Part shown: positions 41,321 through 51,259 of the stretch, piece by piece
Numbering within the stretch: the first letter of the stretch is position 1
Layout: every line of letters starts with the position of its first letter
From: an uncultured Actinomycetota bacterium
GTDB taxonomy: Bacteria > Actinomycetota > Actinomycetes > Actinomycetales > Microbacteriaceae
Assembly (NCBI GenBank): GCA_963847285.1
Contig: CAWJZK010000016.1
Location: forward strand, 6,356 to 70,355
Direction: 5' to 3'
Length of the DNA: 64,000 bases
Made by a program: the position numbers and the translations under genes
The notes under the pieces: generated by a model
Databases searched by the model: none
Told to the model about the DNA's origin: nothing
The model's input: only the letters and a program-made list of their open reading frames with translations

Positions 41321-41659
41321 ATGGATCGGCTCAACCGCATCACTCCCGCCACCGTCGACGTGCTGCATGTGCTCCTGCAAGGCGCGGGTGCTGTCTGGGG
41401 CCTGCAGGTGATCAAGGCGACGGGGCGGCCCGCCGGCACCGTCTATCCGATCCTCGATCGGCTCGAGCGCATGGGATGGGCGACGTCGGGGTGGGAGGAT
41501 GACGACGAGCGTCCGGGTCCGCGGCGCCGCCTCTACAACCTGAGCGCCGAAGGCGCTGTGGCAGCCGCCGAGGTCGTGGCGAGGTTCGAGGCTGAACGGG
41601 TGCCCGCGGCATCCGTTTACCGGCCCCGGCCCGCCCTCGCAGCGGGAGCCGGCGCGTGA
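41321..41659 (+). CDS. PadR family transcriptional regulator
   Basis: WGLQVIKATG, GTVYPILDRLE, GW, RRRLYNLSAEG. Confidence 0.9.
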   Translation: MDRLNRITPATVDVLHVLLQGAGAVWGLQVIKATGRPAGTVYPILDRLERMGWATSGWEDDDERPGPRRRLYNLSAEGAVAAAEVVARFEAERVPAASVYRPRPALAAGAGA

Positions 41660-42795
41660 CCCGCGTGCCCGAGCGGGTGGTCGCACTCGCGGCCCTCGCA
41701 CTTCCGTACGAGATGCGGGCGCGCTATCGGGAGCAGTGGCAGGCCGACGTGCGGGACGCGCGTGCGGCCGGGATGTCTCGTACGGGCATCGCGATCGGAG
41801 CGGCCATCTTCAGCCTGACGGCCGCCCGCACGGCCGAGGCGTATGGCTTCACTGTCACGGAACTCGCGTTGCGCCGGGTGCGGTGGGGCGTGGCGCTCGT
41901 GCTGAGTTCGGGGGTGCTGTTCGTCGGGTTGTGGAGCAGCGGAGGGTTCGGGTCGCGCGGAGGCATCCCCCAGGCACTGTCGATCGCGGTGCTCGCGCTC
42001 GTCTTCGCCGCTGTCGTCGTCGGGTTCTGGCTCCTCTGGCGGGCCGCAGCGGCGGTCGCGCGCGTCGCGCGCCTCGCGACCGCCGTCGCGGGGCTCGCGG
42101 TCGTGGCGTTCCTGGCCGGTGCCGCGGTGCTCGCCTTGGCACCGCAGGCCCCGGTCGCCGCACTCATCGGTGCAATCGCCACTGTTGCCGTACCCGTCGC
42201 CGTCATTGCGGGGCTGGCCGGCATGGTGAGCTGGCTGCACGGGCTCTCCGGTTCCGAGATGCCGCTCTCACGACGCGCGCCTCGCCGCATGCCGGTGGCG
42301 CGACGGCGTGTGGTCGCTGTGAGCGTCTTCGGCGGTGTGTTCGCCGTCATCGCGCTCGGGCTCGTCGAGGCGCTCGTCTGGGGCCCGCAGTCGCAGGCTC
42401 CCGGCCACGAACTCTCCGAGATCTACACCGCCATCGCGAACGACAGCGGCGCGGTGCCGGTCACAATGATCGCGGTCTGGGCAGGGTTCTGGATCCTGGC
42501 CGCGGTGGCGTTCCTCCTGGCCGCCGTCCTGCCTCGGCACAGCAGCTTCGCCCACGCCCTCACGCCGCGGCGGATCGTCATCGTGGGACTCGCACTCGCC
42601 AGCACGATCGTCTTCTTCCAAGGCTGGGCGACGTTCTCGATCGGCATGAGCATCGCCGACACGCTGCCGCCCTACGCGGGCACGCGATCCGTGTTCTGGA
42701 GCGTCTACGCGGCGACAGGATCATTGCTCATGGTCGCGGCGATCCTCGGCAGTGTTCCGCCCGCCGCGCCCAGCCCACGCCGCGCTCACGCGTAG
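41656..42795 (+). CDS. Multi-pass membrane protein of unknown function coupled to PadR
   Basis: GTGA overlap; N-terminal RARYREQWQADV; about 8 hydrophobic segments. Confidence 0.75.
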   Translation: MTRVPERVVALAALALPYEMRARYREQWQADVRDARAAGMSRTGIAIGAAIFSLTAARTAEAYGFTVTELALRRVRWGVALVLSSGVLFVGLWSSGGFGSRGGIPQALSIAVLALVFAAVVVGFWLLWRAAAAVARVARLATAVAGLAVVAFLAGAAVLALAPQAPVAALIGAIATVAVPVAVIAGLAGMVSWLHGLSGSEMPLSRRAPRRMPVARRRVVAVSVFGGVFAVIALGLVEALVWGPQSQAPGHELSEIYTAIANDSGAVPVTMIAVWAGFWILAAVAFLLAAVLPRHSSFAHALTPRRIVIVGLALASTIVFFQGWATFSIGMSIADTLPPYAGTRSVFWSVYAATGSLLMVAAILGSVPPAAPSPRRAHA

Positions 42796-42952
42796 CGTTG
42801 CTGGCACCCTCGCGCACGGGCGAATCGCTCCGCCGATCGGCAGGCGCTTCCTGAGGCGGTGAGAGTCGGGCGGCCGCGGGAGGGCCGCGTCGTCGACCGC
42901 AGGTCGAGCGCCGCGGCGAAGCGATGTCGGTGGGTGGTGCGAGCATCGACGA

Positions 42953-43351
42953 ATGAGCGATGAATCGTCACCGGTGCAGGTCGTCGAATCCCTGTGGGAG
43001 CGCATGCAGGCGAGAGACTGGGCCGGGGTCGGCGAGCTCCTCGCCGCCGACGTCGTGGTCGACTGGTTCGCGAGCCAGGAGCGCATCTCCGGCAGGGAGA
43101 ACTTCGTGGCGGTGAACGCCGAATACCCCGAGGGTTGGTCGATCGAGGTACTCTCCGTCATCGGCGACGGCGAACGCGTGGTCTCCGAGGTCGAGGTGCC
43201 GCACGCGCAGCTCGGCGTGTTCCGGGTCGTTTCGTTCTGGACGGTACGAGCAGGGGTCATCGTCGAGGGCCTGGAGTATTGGACGACGAAGGGCGGCGAT
43301 CCTGCGCCGGAGTGGCGCCGACGCTGGGTCGAGCTTCTCCCGCCGGCGTGA
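42953..43351 (+). CDS. SnoaL-like / NTF2 family protein
   Basis: ARDWAGVGELLAADVVVDW, ERISGRENFV, EYW. Confidence 0.82.
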   Translation: MSDESSPVQVVESLWERMQARDWAGVGELLAADVVVDWFASQERISGRENFVAVNAEYPEGWSIEVLSVIGDGERVVSEVEVPHAQLGVFRVVSFWTVRAGVIVEGLEYWTTKGGDPAPEWRRRWVELLPPA

Positions 43352-43354
43352 TGC

Positions 43355-44767
43355 TCAGGCCCGGGGCGGCCGGGTCATCGAGATCAGGTCGAGCGCCGCG
43401 TCGAGCTCGTCGAGCGTGAGCTCGCCGCGGTCGACGTGGCCGAGGTCGATGACCGCCTCGCGCACCGTGATGCCGTTGGCGACCGAGTGCTTCGCGATCT
43501 TCGCGGCCGCCTCGTAGCCGATGAGCTTGTTGAGCGGGGTCACGATCGACGGCGACATGCCGGCGAGGGCCGCGGCGCGCTCGACGTTCGCCTCGAGCCC
43601 GTCGATGGTCTTGTCTGCGAGCACGCGCACGGCGTTCGAGAGCAGGCGGATCGATTCGAGCAGCGCCGTGCCCATGACCGGGATCTGCACGTTGAGTTCG
43701 AAGGTGCCGGATGCCCCGCTCCACGCGATCGTCGCGTCGTTGCCGATGACCCGGGCGCAGACCATGAGCACGGCCTCGGGGACGACGGGGTTCACCTTGC
43801 CCGGCATGATCGAGGAGCCGGGCTGCAGGTCGGGGATGTTCAGCTCGCCGAGCCCGGCGTTCGGGCCGGAGCCCATCCAGCGGAGATCGTTCGCGATCTT
43901 GGTGAGGCTCACGGCGATGGTGCGGAGCGCGCCGGATGCGTCGACGAGCCCGTCGCGGTTCGCCTGCGCCTCGAAGTGGTCGACGGCTTCGGTGATCGGC
44001 AGCTCGGTCTCCCGCTGGAGGAGCTCGATGACCAGTTGCGGGAAGCCCGCCGGGGTGTTGATGCCGGTGCCGACGGCGGTGCCGCCGAGTGGCACCTCGG
44101 CGACGCGGGGGAGCGCCGTGCGCACGCGCTCGATGCCGAGGCGGATCTGGCGCGCGTAGCCGCCGAACTCCTGGCCGAGCGTGACGGGGGTCGCATCCAT
44201 GAGGTGCGTGCGGCCGGCCTTCACGACGTCGGCCCACGCCTCGGCCTTCGCCTCGAGGGCGACCGCGAGGTGGTCGAGGGCGGGGATCAGCTCATCGATG
44301 AGGGTGGCCGTGACGGCGATGTGCACGGAGGTGGGGAACACGTCGTTCGACGACTGCGACGCGTTCACGTGGTCGTTCGGGTGCACCGGGCGGCCGAGCT
44401 TCTCGGTCGCGAGGGTGGCGAGCACCTCGTTCATGTTCATGTTCGAGGAGGTGCCGGAACCGGTCTGGTAGACGTCGATCGGGAAGTGCTCGGCGTAGTC
44501 GTAGCGACCGGAGATGACCTCTTCGGCGGCCTCCTCGATCGCCGCGGCGATCGAGGGATCGAGCACGCCCAAGCGGGCGTTCGCCTGCGCGGCGGCCTTC
44601 TTGATGCGCGCGAGCGCCTGGATCTGCTGCGGCTCGAGACCGGAGCCGGAGATCGGGAAGTTCTCGACGGCGCGCTGCGTCTGGGCGCGGTAGAGCGCCG
44701 ATGCGGGCACCCGCACTTCGCCCATCGTGTCGTGCTCGATGCGGTAGTCGGCGGTGTTGTCCACCAC
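43355..44767 (-). CDS. fumC: Class II fumarate hydratase
   Basis: [44 protein letters not shown]. Confidence 0.97.
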   Translation of the reverse strand: MVDNTADYRIEHDTMGEVRVPASALYRAQTQRAVENFPISGSGLEPQQIQALARIKKAAAQANARLGVLDPSIAAAIEEAAEEVISGRYDYAEHFPIDVYQTGSGTSSNMNMNEVLATLATEKLGRPVHPNDHVNASQSSNDVFPTSVHIAVTATLIDELIPALDHLAVALEAKAEAWADVVKAGRTHLMDATPVTLGQEFGGYARQIRLGIERVRTALPRVAEVPLGGTAVGTGINTPAGFPQLVIELLQRETELPITEAVDHFEAQANRDGLVDASGALRTIAVSLTKIANDLRWMGSGPNAGLGELNIPDLQPGSSIMPGKVNPVVPEAVLMVCARVIGNDATIAWSGASGTFELNVQIPVMGTALLESIRLLSNAVRVLADKTIDGLEANVERAAALAGMSPSIVTPLNKLIGYEAAAKIAKHSVANGITVREAVIDLGHVDRGELTLDELDAALDLISMTRPPRA

Positions 44768-44827
44768 GGTGTGTTCCCCTTCGTTGCGTGCCGGGCCCTC
44801 CCGGCGAGTACCGCGAGTGCGCGGCGG

Positions 44828-45484
44828 TCAGATGCGCCCGACGACGATGTCGGTCTCGGCGCGCCCTTCGAACAGTCGGTAGTTCGCGCCGACGATAGCC
44901 AGCGTACCCGCTGCGATGGCGTCGCTGATCATCTCGGAGTTCTCGAGGAGCTCGGCCACGGTGTCGCGCAGGTGCTCTCGGCCGACGAACGCCGCATCGA
45001 CGTCGGAGGGCTCGATCGGGGCGTCGGGCGCGCCGCCTGCGACGCGTCGGACGGCCGGCACGATGCGGTCGACGATCGACGCGATGTGCGCGGGCAACGG
45101 TGCGGCGTCGGGTGCGAGCGAGTCGATCGCGGCACTCACCGCACCGCATTCATCGTGCCCGAGCACGAGGATGAGCGGCACCCCGAGCACCGCCACGGCA
45201 TACTCCAGCGAGCCGAGCACGGATTCGGAGATGACCTGCCCGGCGTTGCGCACGACGAAGGCGTCGCCGAGGCCGACGTCGAAGATGATCTCGGCCGAGA
45301 GGCGCGAGTCGCTGCATCCGAAGATCGCGACGAGCGGTCGCTGCGCATGCGCGAGCGAGGTGCGGTGGTCGACGTCTTGGCGCGGATGCTGCGGCTCGCC
45401 GGCCACGAAGCGTTCGTTGCCGCGACGGAGCTCACGCCACGTGGCGGCCGGCGTCTCGGGGCGGTCGACCGGCTGCTCGCTCAC
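44828..45484 (-). CDS. Beta-class carbonic anhydrase
   Basis: GNERF, GCSDSR, VVRNAG, LGHDECGAV. Confidence 0.95.
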   Translation of the reverse strand: MSEQPVDRPETPAATWRELRRGNERFVAGEPQHPRQDVDHRTSLAHAQRPLVAIFGCSDSRLSAEIIFDVGLGDAFVVRNAGQVISESVLGSLEYAVAVLGVPLILVLGHDECGAVSAAIDSLAPDAAPLPAHIASIVDRIVPAVRRVAGGAPDAPIEPSDVDAAFVGREHLRDTVAELLENSEMISDAIAAGTLAIVGANYRLFEGRAETDIVVGRI

Positions 45485-45495
45485 GGACGCTCCTC

Positions 45496-46137
45496 TCAGT
45501 GCTGCGCTTCGATGGTGGGCACGAGGGCAGCCGCGAGGGCTTCGAACTCCTCGGTCGTCGCGGTGCCGAGCAGTACGAAGGTGCTGCCACCGGCTTCGGT
45601 GGTGAGGCCGTACTTCGCGTTGCCCACGTCGTCGCCCGTCTCGCGGTTGTCGTAGACGGTCCACTCGACGCCGCCGATGGTGGTGGTACCGGTCGCGAGC
45701 GTTCGCGCGAGGAGCCCTGACGCCCAGGTGGGGTTCGCCTCGAGCCCCTGGTACAGGCCGACGTACTCGTCGCTCGGCGTGAGGTATCCGGCGTACCACG
45801 CGGTGACGCCGTCGGCCTCGCTGCGGCGGAGTTCTGCGGCGTTCGACCGCCAGCCCTCGGGCAGTTCGGGCACCGCGAGCGGGTCGTCGCTCGCGATCTG
45901 CGCCTGCTCGGCGACCGCCGCGACGTCGATATCACGCTCGATGGGGGTGTCGTTGCGCGGCACGATGAGCACGATGACGAGCACGACGAGCAGGCTGGCA
46001 CCGAGCGCGAGGATCAGGTTGTTGAGCGTCTGGCGCTGGCGATGCTTGCGAGAGTTCTCGGCCCTGCGGTCCGCCGTCTCTTCAGGGGTTTCGGGGCGGC
46101 CGAGTTCGGCGACGACCCGCGGTTCGTGTCGCGCCAT
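45496..46137 (-). CDS. DUF4245 family membrane-anchored protein
   Basis: [15 protein letters not shown] helix, [12 protein letters not shown]; usual neighbour of xseB. Confidence 0.8.
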   Translation of the reverse strand: MARHEPRVVAELGRPETPEETADRRAENSRKHRQRQTLNNLILALGASLLVVLVIVLIVPRNDTPIERDIDVAAVAEQAQIASDDPLAVPELPEGWRSNAAELRRSEADGVTAWYAGYLTPSDEYVGLYQGLEANPTWASGLLARTLATGTTTIGGVEWTVYDNRETGDDVGNAKYGLTTEAGGSTFVLLGTATTEEFEALAAALVPTIEAQH

Positions 46138-46377
46138 CAGCGGCTCGCCACCGTCGTCGGGTGCGGGGCGCTGAGCGCCGGCCCGGGCGGCATCGAGGCG
46201 CGCCTTCGCGCCGATGAGCCACTCCTCGCACCGCGCGGCGAGCGCCTCGCCGCGTTCCCAGAGCGCGAGCGATTGCTCGAGGGTCGCGGAGCCCTGCTCG
46301 AGTTCGCCGACGACTCGCACGAGCTCGTCGCGAGCCTGCTCGTAGCTCAGCTCGGCGACATCCGTGGTGGGGGGCAT
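46137..46377 (-). CDS. xseB: Exodeoxyribonuclease VII small subunit; stop put out of frame by a probable indel
   Basis: [10 protein letters not shown]...[22 protein letters not shown]; TGATG junction at 46135-46139. Confidence 0.92.
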
Positions 46378-46387
46378 GAAAGCCATT

Positions 46388-47653
46388 CTATTCGGCGGCG
46401 ACGACAGGCCCGGCGGGATCCTGCCTGACTGACCGCTCGTCGGTGATCTCGCCGCGTGAGACCGCCGCGAGCAGGCCCTCGGCGAGCGTGACGACCAGTG
46501 GTGAGCCATCTGGCGCGGCCGCGGCGGCCCGCACGACATGCCCGTCGGCGCCTTGCACGATGGCGTAACCGCGATCGAGCGTGGCCTGCGGCGAGAGCGC
46601 CCGCAGATGGCCCCTGAGCTCTGCGGTGCGCTGCGTCGCGCGATCGATCGCGCGCTCGACGAGCTCGGTGCCTCGGGCGACCCAGCGCGTGAGGTCTTCG
46701 GCGCGCCGGTCGACGATCCACGTCGTGTCGGCGAGCGCCGGGCGGGAGCGGAGGTGGCCGATGCGGTCGATCTCACGGGCGAGCATCGCCGAGAGGCGCA
46801 TGCCGAGTCGGGCGCGGGCCTGCTCGATGCGCACGAGCTCTTCGTTGACGTCGGGCACGACCCGCTTCGCGGCATCGGTCGGCGTCGACGCCCTGAGGTC
46901 GGCGACCTCGTCGAGGAGCGGACGGTCGGCCTCGTGTCCGATGGCCGAGACGAGGGGAGTGGATGCCGCGGCCGCCGCTCGCACCACCCGTTCGTCGCTG
47001 AAGCCGAGGAGGTTCTGGAAGTCGCCGCCGCCGCGCGCGACGATGATGACCTCGACCTCGGGGTCGGCGTCGAGACGCCGGATCGCGGCGACGACCTCGG
47101 GCACCGTTCGATCGCCCTGCACGGCCGCGTGCACGACGCGGAACTCCACGGCCGGCCAGCGCAGCCGTGCGTTTCGCAGAACGTCGTTCTCGGCGTCGGA
47201 GTCCTTGCCCGTGATGAGTCCGACGACGCCGGGCAGGAACGGGAGCGGCCGCTTGCGTGCTGCGTCGAAGAGGCCCTCGGCCGCCAGTTGCGAGCGCAGC
47301 CGCTCGAGCCGCTCGAGCAGGTCGCCGAGGCCGACGTGCTTGATCTCGAACACCTGCATCGAGAGCGTGCCGCCCTTGACCCACCAGTTCGGCTTCACGA
47401 GCGCGACGACGTGGTCGCCCTGCTTGAACTGCTCGCCGGAGCGGGCCCGCACCGACGACCACACCGTGAACGAGAGGGTCGCGTCGGCGTCGAGGTCTTT
47501 CAGCTTGCCGTAGGCGTTGCCCGCCGAGATGCCCCATTGGGTGATCTCGCCCTCGACCCACACGGTGCCGAGCCGGTCGAGGTACTGCTTCAGCTTGCCC
47601 GAGAGCAGCGCGACGGGCCACGGCGCGTCGCGCGTGGCTGGTGCATCCGTCAT
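46388..47653 (-). CDS. xseA: Exodeoxyribonuclease VII large subunit
   Basis: [48 protein letters not shown]. Confidence 0.96.
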   Translation of the reverse strand: MTDAPATRDAPWPVALLSGKLKQYLDRLGTVWVEGEITQWGISAGNAYGKLKDLDADATLSFTVWSSVRARSGEQFKQGDHVVALVKPNWWVKGGTLSMQVFEIKHVGLGDLLERLERLRSQLAAEGLFDAARKRPLPFLPGVVGLITGKDSDAENDVLRNARLRWPAVEFRVVHAAVQGDRTVPEVVAAIRRLDADPEVEVIIVARGGGDFQNLLGFSDERVVRAAAAASTPLVSAIGHEADRPLLDEVADLRASTPTDAAKRVVPDVNEELVRIEQARARLGMRLSAMLAREIDRIGHLRSRPALADTTWIVDRRAEDLTRWVARGTELVERAIDRATQRTAELRGHLRALSPQATLDRGYAIVQGADGHVVRAAAAAPDGSPLVVTLAEGLLAAVSRGEITDERSVRQDPAGPVVAAE

Positions 47654-47702
47654 CGGGCCCTCTCAGGTCGCCCGCCCAGTCTTGCCGCGTAGGATTGGCA
47701 CC

Positions 47703-48785
47703 GTGACGAGCTTGACGGATGCCCCGCGAATCGGCCTCGGTATGCCCAGAGTTCCGGGCGTGCGCGGCCGGCTCAAGGATATCCCCGTCCCCGGACACAA
47801 GCGCGTGCTGCTCGCCGCGCCGCGCGGGTACTGCGCCGGCGTCGACCGCGCCGTGATCGCCGTCGAGAAGGCGCTCGAGCACTATGGAGCGCCGGTCTAC
47901 GTGCGCAAGCAGATCGTGCACAACATCCACGTCGTCACCGAGCTCGAAGCGCAGGGCGCGATCTTCGTCGACGAGGTCGACGAGGTGCCAGAGGGCGCCC
48001 ATATCGTCTTCAGCGCCCACGGCGTGTCCCCTGCGGTCGTGAACGCCGCCGCCGACCGGGGCCTCCACGCGATCGACGCGACGTGCCCACTCGTCACCAA
48101 GGTGCACCGCGAGGCCGTGCGCTTCGCGCGCGACGACTTCGAGATCCTGCTCATCGGCCACGAGGGCCATGAAGAGGTCGAGGGCACCGCGGGTGAGGCG
48201 CCCGACCACGTGACGCTCGTCGGCAGCCCCGACGAGGTGGCGAACATCGAGGTGCGCGACCCGGAGAAGGTCGTCTGGCTCTCGCAGACGACCCTGAGCG
48301 TCGACGAGACGATGGAGACGGTTCGGCGTCTGCGGGAGCGGTTCCCGAACCTGCAGGACCCGCCCTCCGACGACATCTGCTACGCCACCCAGAACCGCCA
48401 GGTCGCGATCAAGAAGGTCGCGCAGGACGCCGAGCTCGTGATCGTGGTCGGCTCGGCGAACAGCTCGAACAGCGTGCGCCTCGTCGAGGTCGCCCTCGAA
48501 TACGGCGCGAAGGCGGCCTACCGCATCGACTACGCGAGCGAGGTCAAGCAGGAGTGGCTCGACGGAATCGCGACGGTCGGCGTGACGAGCGGGGCATCCG
48601 TGCCGGAAGAGCTCGTGCAGGAGCTGCTCGCCGCGCTCGCCGACGCCGGCTACGGCGATGTCGCCGAGGTGAAGACGGCCGAGGAGGACCTGATGTTCTC
48701 GCTGCCGAAGGAGCTCCGCAAAGACCTCGCCGGCAACCGCGACGCGCGGGCACTCGGCGGGCGGGCGCGAGCCGCCCAGGACTGA
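47703..48785 (+). CDS. ispH: 4-hydroxy-3-methylbut-2-enyl diphosphate reductase
   Basis: [52 protein letters not shown]. Confidence 0.98.
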   Translation: MTSLTDAPRIGLGMPRVPGVRGRLKDIPVPGHKRVLLAAPRGYCAGVDRAVIAVEKALEHYGAPVYVRKQIVHNIHVVTELEAQGAIFVDEVDEVPEGAHIVFSAHGVSPAVVNAAADRGLHAIDATCPLVTKVHREAVRFARDDFEILLIGHEGHEEVEGTAGEAPDHVTLVGSPDEVANIEVRDPEKVVWLSQTTLSVDETMETVRRLRERFPNLQDPPSDDICYATQNRQVAIKKVAQDAELVIVVGSANSSNSVRLVEVALEYGAKAAYRIDYASEVKQEWLDGIATVGVTSGASVPEELVQELLAALADAGYGDVAEVKTAEEDLMFSLPKELRKDLAGNRDARALGGRARAAQD

Positions 48786-48843
48786 GCCCACTCGCGTTCG
48801 GGCCGGGCACCGAACGGACGTTCCGCCCTCGGCGAATCGGTCG

Positions 48844-48859
48844 GAGTGAGCGCTCACTC
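48844..48859. promoter_or_regulatory. Candidate TetR operator
   Basis: Perfect palindrome GAGTGAGCGCTCACTC just upstream of a TACGCT -10 box and the TetR start. Confidence 0.7.
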
Positions 48860-48878
48860 AGGTGTACGCTCTCATTCC

Positions 48879-49535
48879 ATGATGACCAGCACGGAACGCA
48901 CCGGGCGCGCCAAGCCCATGCCGACCGAGGAGCGGCGAGCGGCGATCGCGCGCGCGACGCTGCCGCTGCTGACCGCTCACGGCCGCGATTTCACGACCCG
49001 CCAGATCGCCGAGGCCGCCGGAGTCGCCGAAGGTACGCTCTTCCGCGTCTTCGACGACAAGGAGGCGATCATCGACGCCGCCGTCGAGCAGTTCCTCGAT
49101 CCCGAGCCGTTCCGCGAGGCCCTGCGACGCATCGACCCGTCTCTGCCGCTCGACGTGAAGATCGAGCTGGTGCTCGATCGCTTCCTCGATCGGTTCACCG
49201 GGATGTTCGGAGTGTTCGCCGCGCTCGGAACGCGGCCGAAGCCGCCGGAGCCCGCGTCCGCCGACATCCTCGTCGGAATCTTCGAGGACCTGCTTGCGCC
49301 CGACCTGCAGGCACTCCGGGTGCCGCCCGAGCAGGTCTTCCTCTACGTGCGGCTCATCGCCTTCGCGTCCGCGATGCCGCACTTCCGGCCGACCACCGGG
49401 CTCGACTCCGACCAGCTCGCGCACCTCGTCATGCACGGCATCATCGGTGAGCCGATCGCCGCGCGCGAGGCATCCGTCGATCCCCACTCCTCCGACACCC
49501 GCACCGACGAGGGCAGAACCGCACCATGCTCCTGA
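48879..49535 (+). CDS. TetR family transcriptional regulator
   Basis: TTRQIAEAAGVAEGTLFRVFDDKEAI. Confidence 0.92.
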   Translation: MMTSTERTGRAKPMPTEERRAAIARATLPLLTAHGRDFTTRQIAEAAGVAEGTLFRVFDDKEAIIDAAVEQFLDPEPFREALRRIDPSLPLDVKIELVLDRFLDRFTGMFGVFAALGTRPKPPEPASADILVGIFEDLLAPDLQALRVPPEQVFLYVRLIAFASAMPHFRPTTGLDSDQLAHLVMHGIIGEPIAAREASVDPHSSDTRTDEGRTAPCS

Positions 49536-51259
49536 AACTCCTCAGCCGCCACCTGCGGCCCTACGTTGCGCTGCTCATCGGCGTCGTCGTGTTCCAGCTC
49601 GCGCAGTCGATCGCCTCGCTCTACCTGCCGAGCCTCAACGCCGACATCATCGACCAGGGCGTCGTGACGGGCGACACCGGATTCATCCTCTCCACCGGCG
49701 CGCTCATGCTCGGCATCACACTCGTGCAGATCGCCTGCGCCATCGCGGCCGTGTACTTCGGGGCGAGGGCGGCCATGGCGTTCGGGCGCGACCTTCGCGC
49801 CGCCGTGTTCCGCCGCGTCGCCGAGTTCTCGGAGCAGGAGGTGTCGAGCTTCGGCGCCCCGAGCCTCATCACCCGCACCACCAACGATGTGCAGCAGGTG
49901 CAGATGCTCGTGCTCATGTCGTGCACGATCCTCGTGTCGGCGCCGATCCTCGCGATCGGCGGAATCATCTTGGCGCTCGGCGAAGACCTCGCACTCTCGT
50001 GGATCATGGTGGTCGCCGTGCCGGTGCTGCTCATCGCAGTCGGGCTCATCATCCTCCGCATGGTGCCGTTGTTCCAGTCGATGCAGCGCCGCATCGACGG
50101 CGTGAACCGGGTGTTCAGGGAGCAGCTCACCGGCATCCGCGTCATCCGCGCATTCGTGCGCGAAGGCGTCGAGAGCGAGCGCTTCAACGAAGCGAACGAC
50201 GCGCTCACCGACACCGCGCTCCGGGCGGGGCGCCTGTTCGCCCTCGTGTTCCCCATCGTGCTGCTCGTGCTCAACCTGTCGAGCGTCGCCGTGCTCTGGT
50301 TCGGCGCGTTCCGCATCGAGGACGGCTCGATGCAGATCGGCGCGCTGACCGCGTTCCTCAGTTACCTCGTCCAGATCCTGATGGCCGTCATGATGGCGAC
50401 GATGATCGCCTTCCTCCTCCCACGTGCCGCGGTCTCGGCTGGGCGCATCGGCGAGGTGCTCGACACCCGGCCGAGCGTCGCCGACCCCGAGCGTCCGGTC
50501 AGCGCGCTCACCGCGCCGGGCACCGTGGAGTTCCGCGACGTCGACTTCGCCTACCCGGGCGCCGAGGAGCCGGTGCTGCACGGCGTGAGCTTCGTCGCCG
50601 AGCCGGGCGAGGTCACCGCCATCATCGGCGCGACGGGATCCGGGAAGACGACGATCGTGAACCTCGTCGCGCGGCTCTTCGACGCGACCGGCGGCAGTGT
50701 GCGGGTCGGCGGCGTCGATGTGCGCGACCTCGACCCCGACGTGCTCAGCGCCCAGCTCGCGCTCGTGCCGCAGAAACCGTACCTCTTCGCGGGAACCGTC
50801 GGCTCGACGCTCCGATACGGCGACCCGGATGCCAGCGACGAGGAGCTCTGGAACGTGCTCGAGACCGCCCAGGCGCGGGACTTCGTCGCGACGATGCCCG
50901 GGCAGCTCGAGGCGACGATCGCGCAAGGCGGCACGAACGTCTCGGGCGGACAGCGCCAGCGATTGTCGATCGCGCGCGCGCTGGTGAAGCATCCGCCGAT
51001 CTACCTGTTCGACGACTCGTTCTCGGCGCTCGACACGGCCACCGACGCACGGCTGCGGGCTGCGCTCGGGCGCACGGTGTCGGATGCCGCGATGATCGTC
51101 GTCGCGCAGCGCGTCGCCACCATCGTCGGTGCCGACAAGATCCTCGTGGTGGACGAAGGGCGGATCGTCGCGCAGGGCACCCATGATGAACTTCTCGAGT
51201 CGTCGGAGGCGTACGCCGAGATCGTCGAGAGCCAGCTGAGCGTGGAGGAAGCGGTATGA
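49526..51259 (+). CDS. Heterodimeric ABC exporter subunit 1 (TMD+NBD, degenerate Walker B)
   Basis: SLITRTTND, GATGSGKTT, VSGGQRQR, YLFDDSFSALD, VAQR. Confidence 0.94.
   Translation: MLLKLLSRHLRPYVALLIGVVVFQLAQSIASLYLPSLNADIIDQGVVTGDTGFILSTGALMLGITLVQIACAIAAVYFGARAAMAFGRDLRAAVFRRVAEFSEQEVSSFGAPSLITRTTNDVQQVQMLVLMSCTILVSAPILAIGGIILALGEDLALSWIMVVAVPVLLIAVGLIILRMVPLFQSMQRRIDGVNRVFREQLTGIRVIRAFVREGVESERFNEANDALTDTALRAGRLFALVFPIVLLVLNLSSVAVLWFGAFRIEDGSMQIGALTAFLSYLVQILMAVMMATMIAFLLPRAAVSAGRIGEVLDTRPSVADPERPVSALTAPGTVEFRDVDFAYPGAEEPVLHGVSFVAEPGEVTAIIGATGSGKTTIVNLVARLFDATGGSVRVGGVDVRDLDPDVLSAQLALVPQKPYLFAGTVGSTLRYGDPDASDEELWNVLETAQARDFVATMPGQLEATIAQGGTNVSGGQRQRLSIARALVKHPPIYLFDDSFSALDTATDARLRAALGRTVSDAAMIVVAQRVATIVGADKILVVDEGRIVAQGTHDELLESSEAYAEIVESQLSVEEAV

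Noticed and set aside
45496-46875. Apparent XseB-DUF4245 fusion ORF (459 aa)
   Set aside because: A TGATG stop/start junction survives at 46135-46139; one indel in the xseB tail explains the read-through, in line with the other frameshifts.
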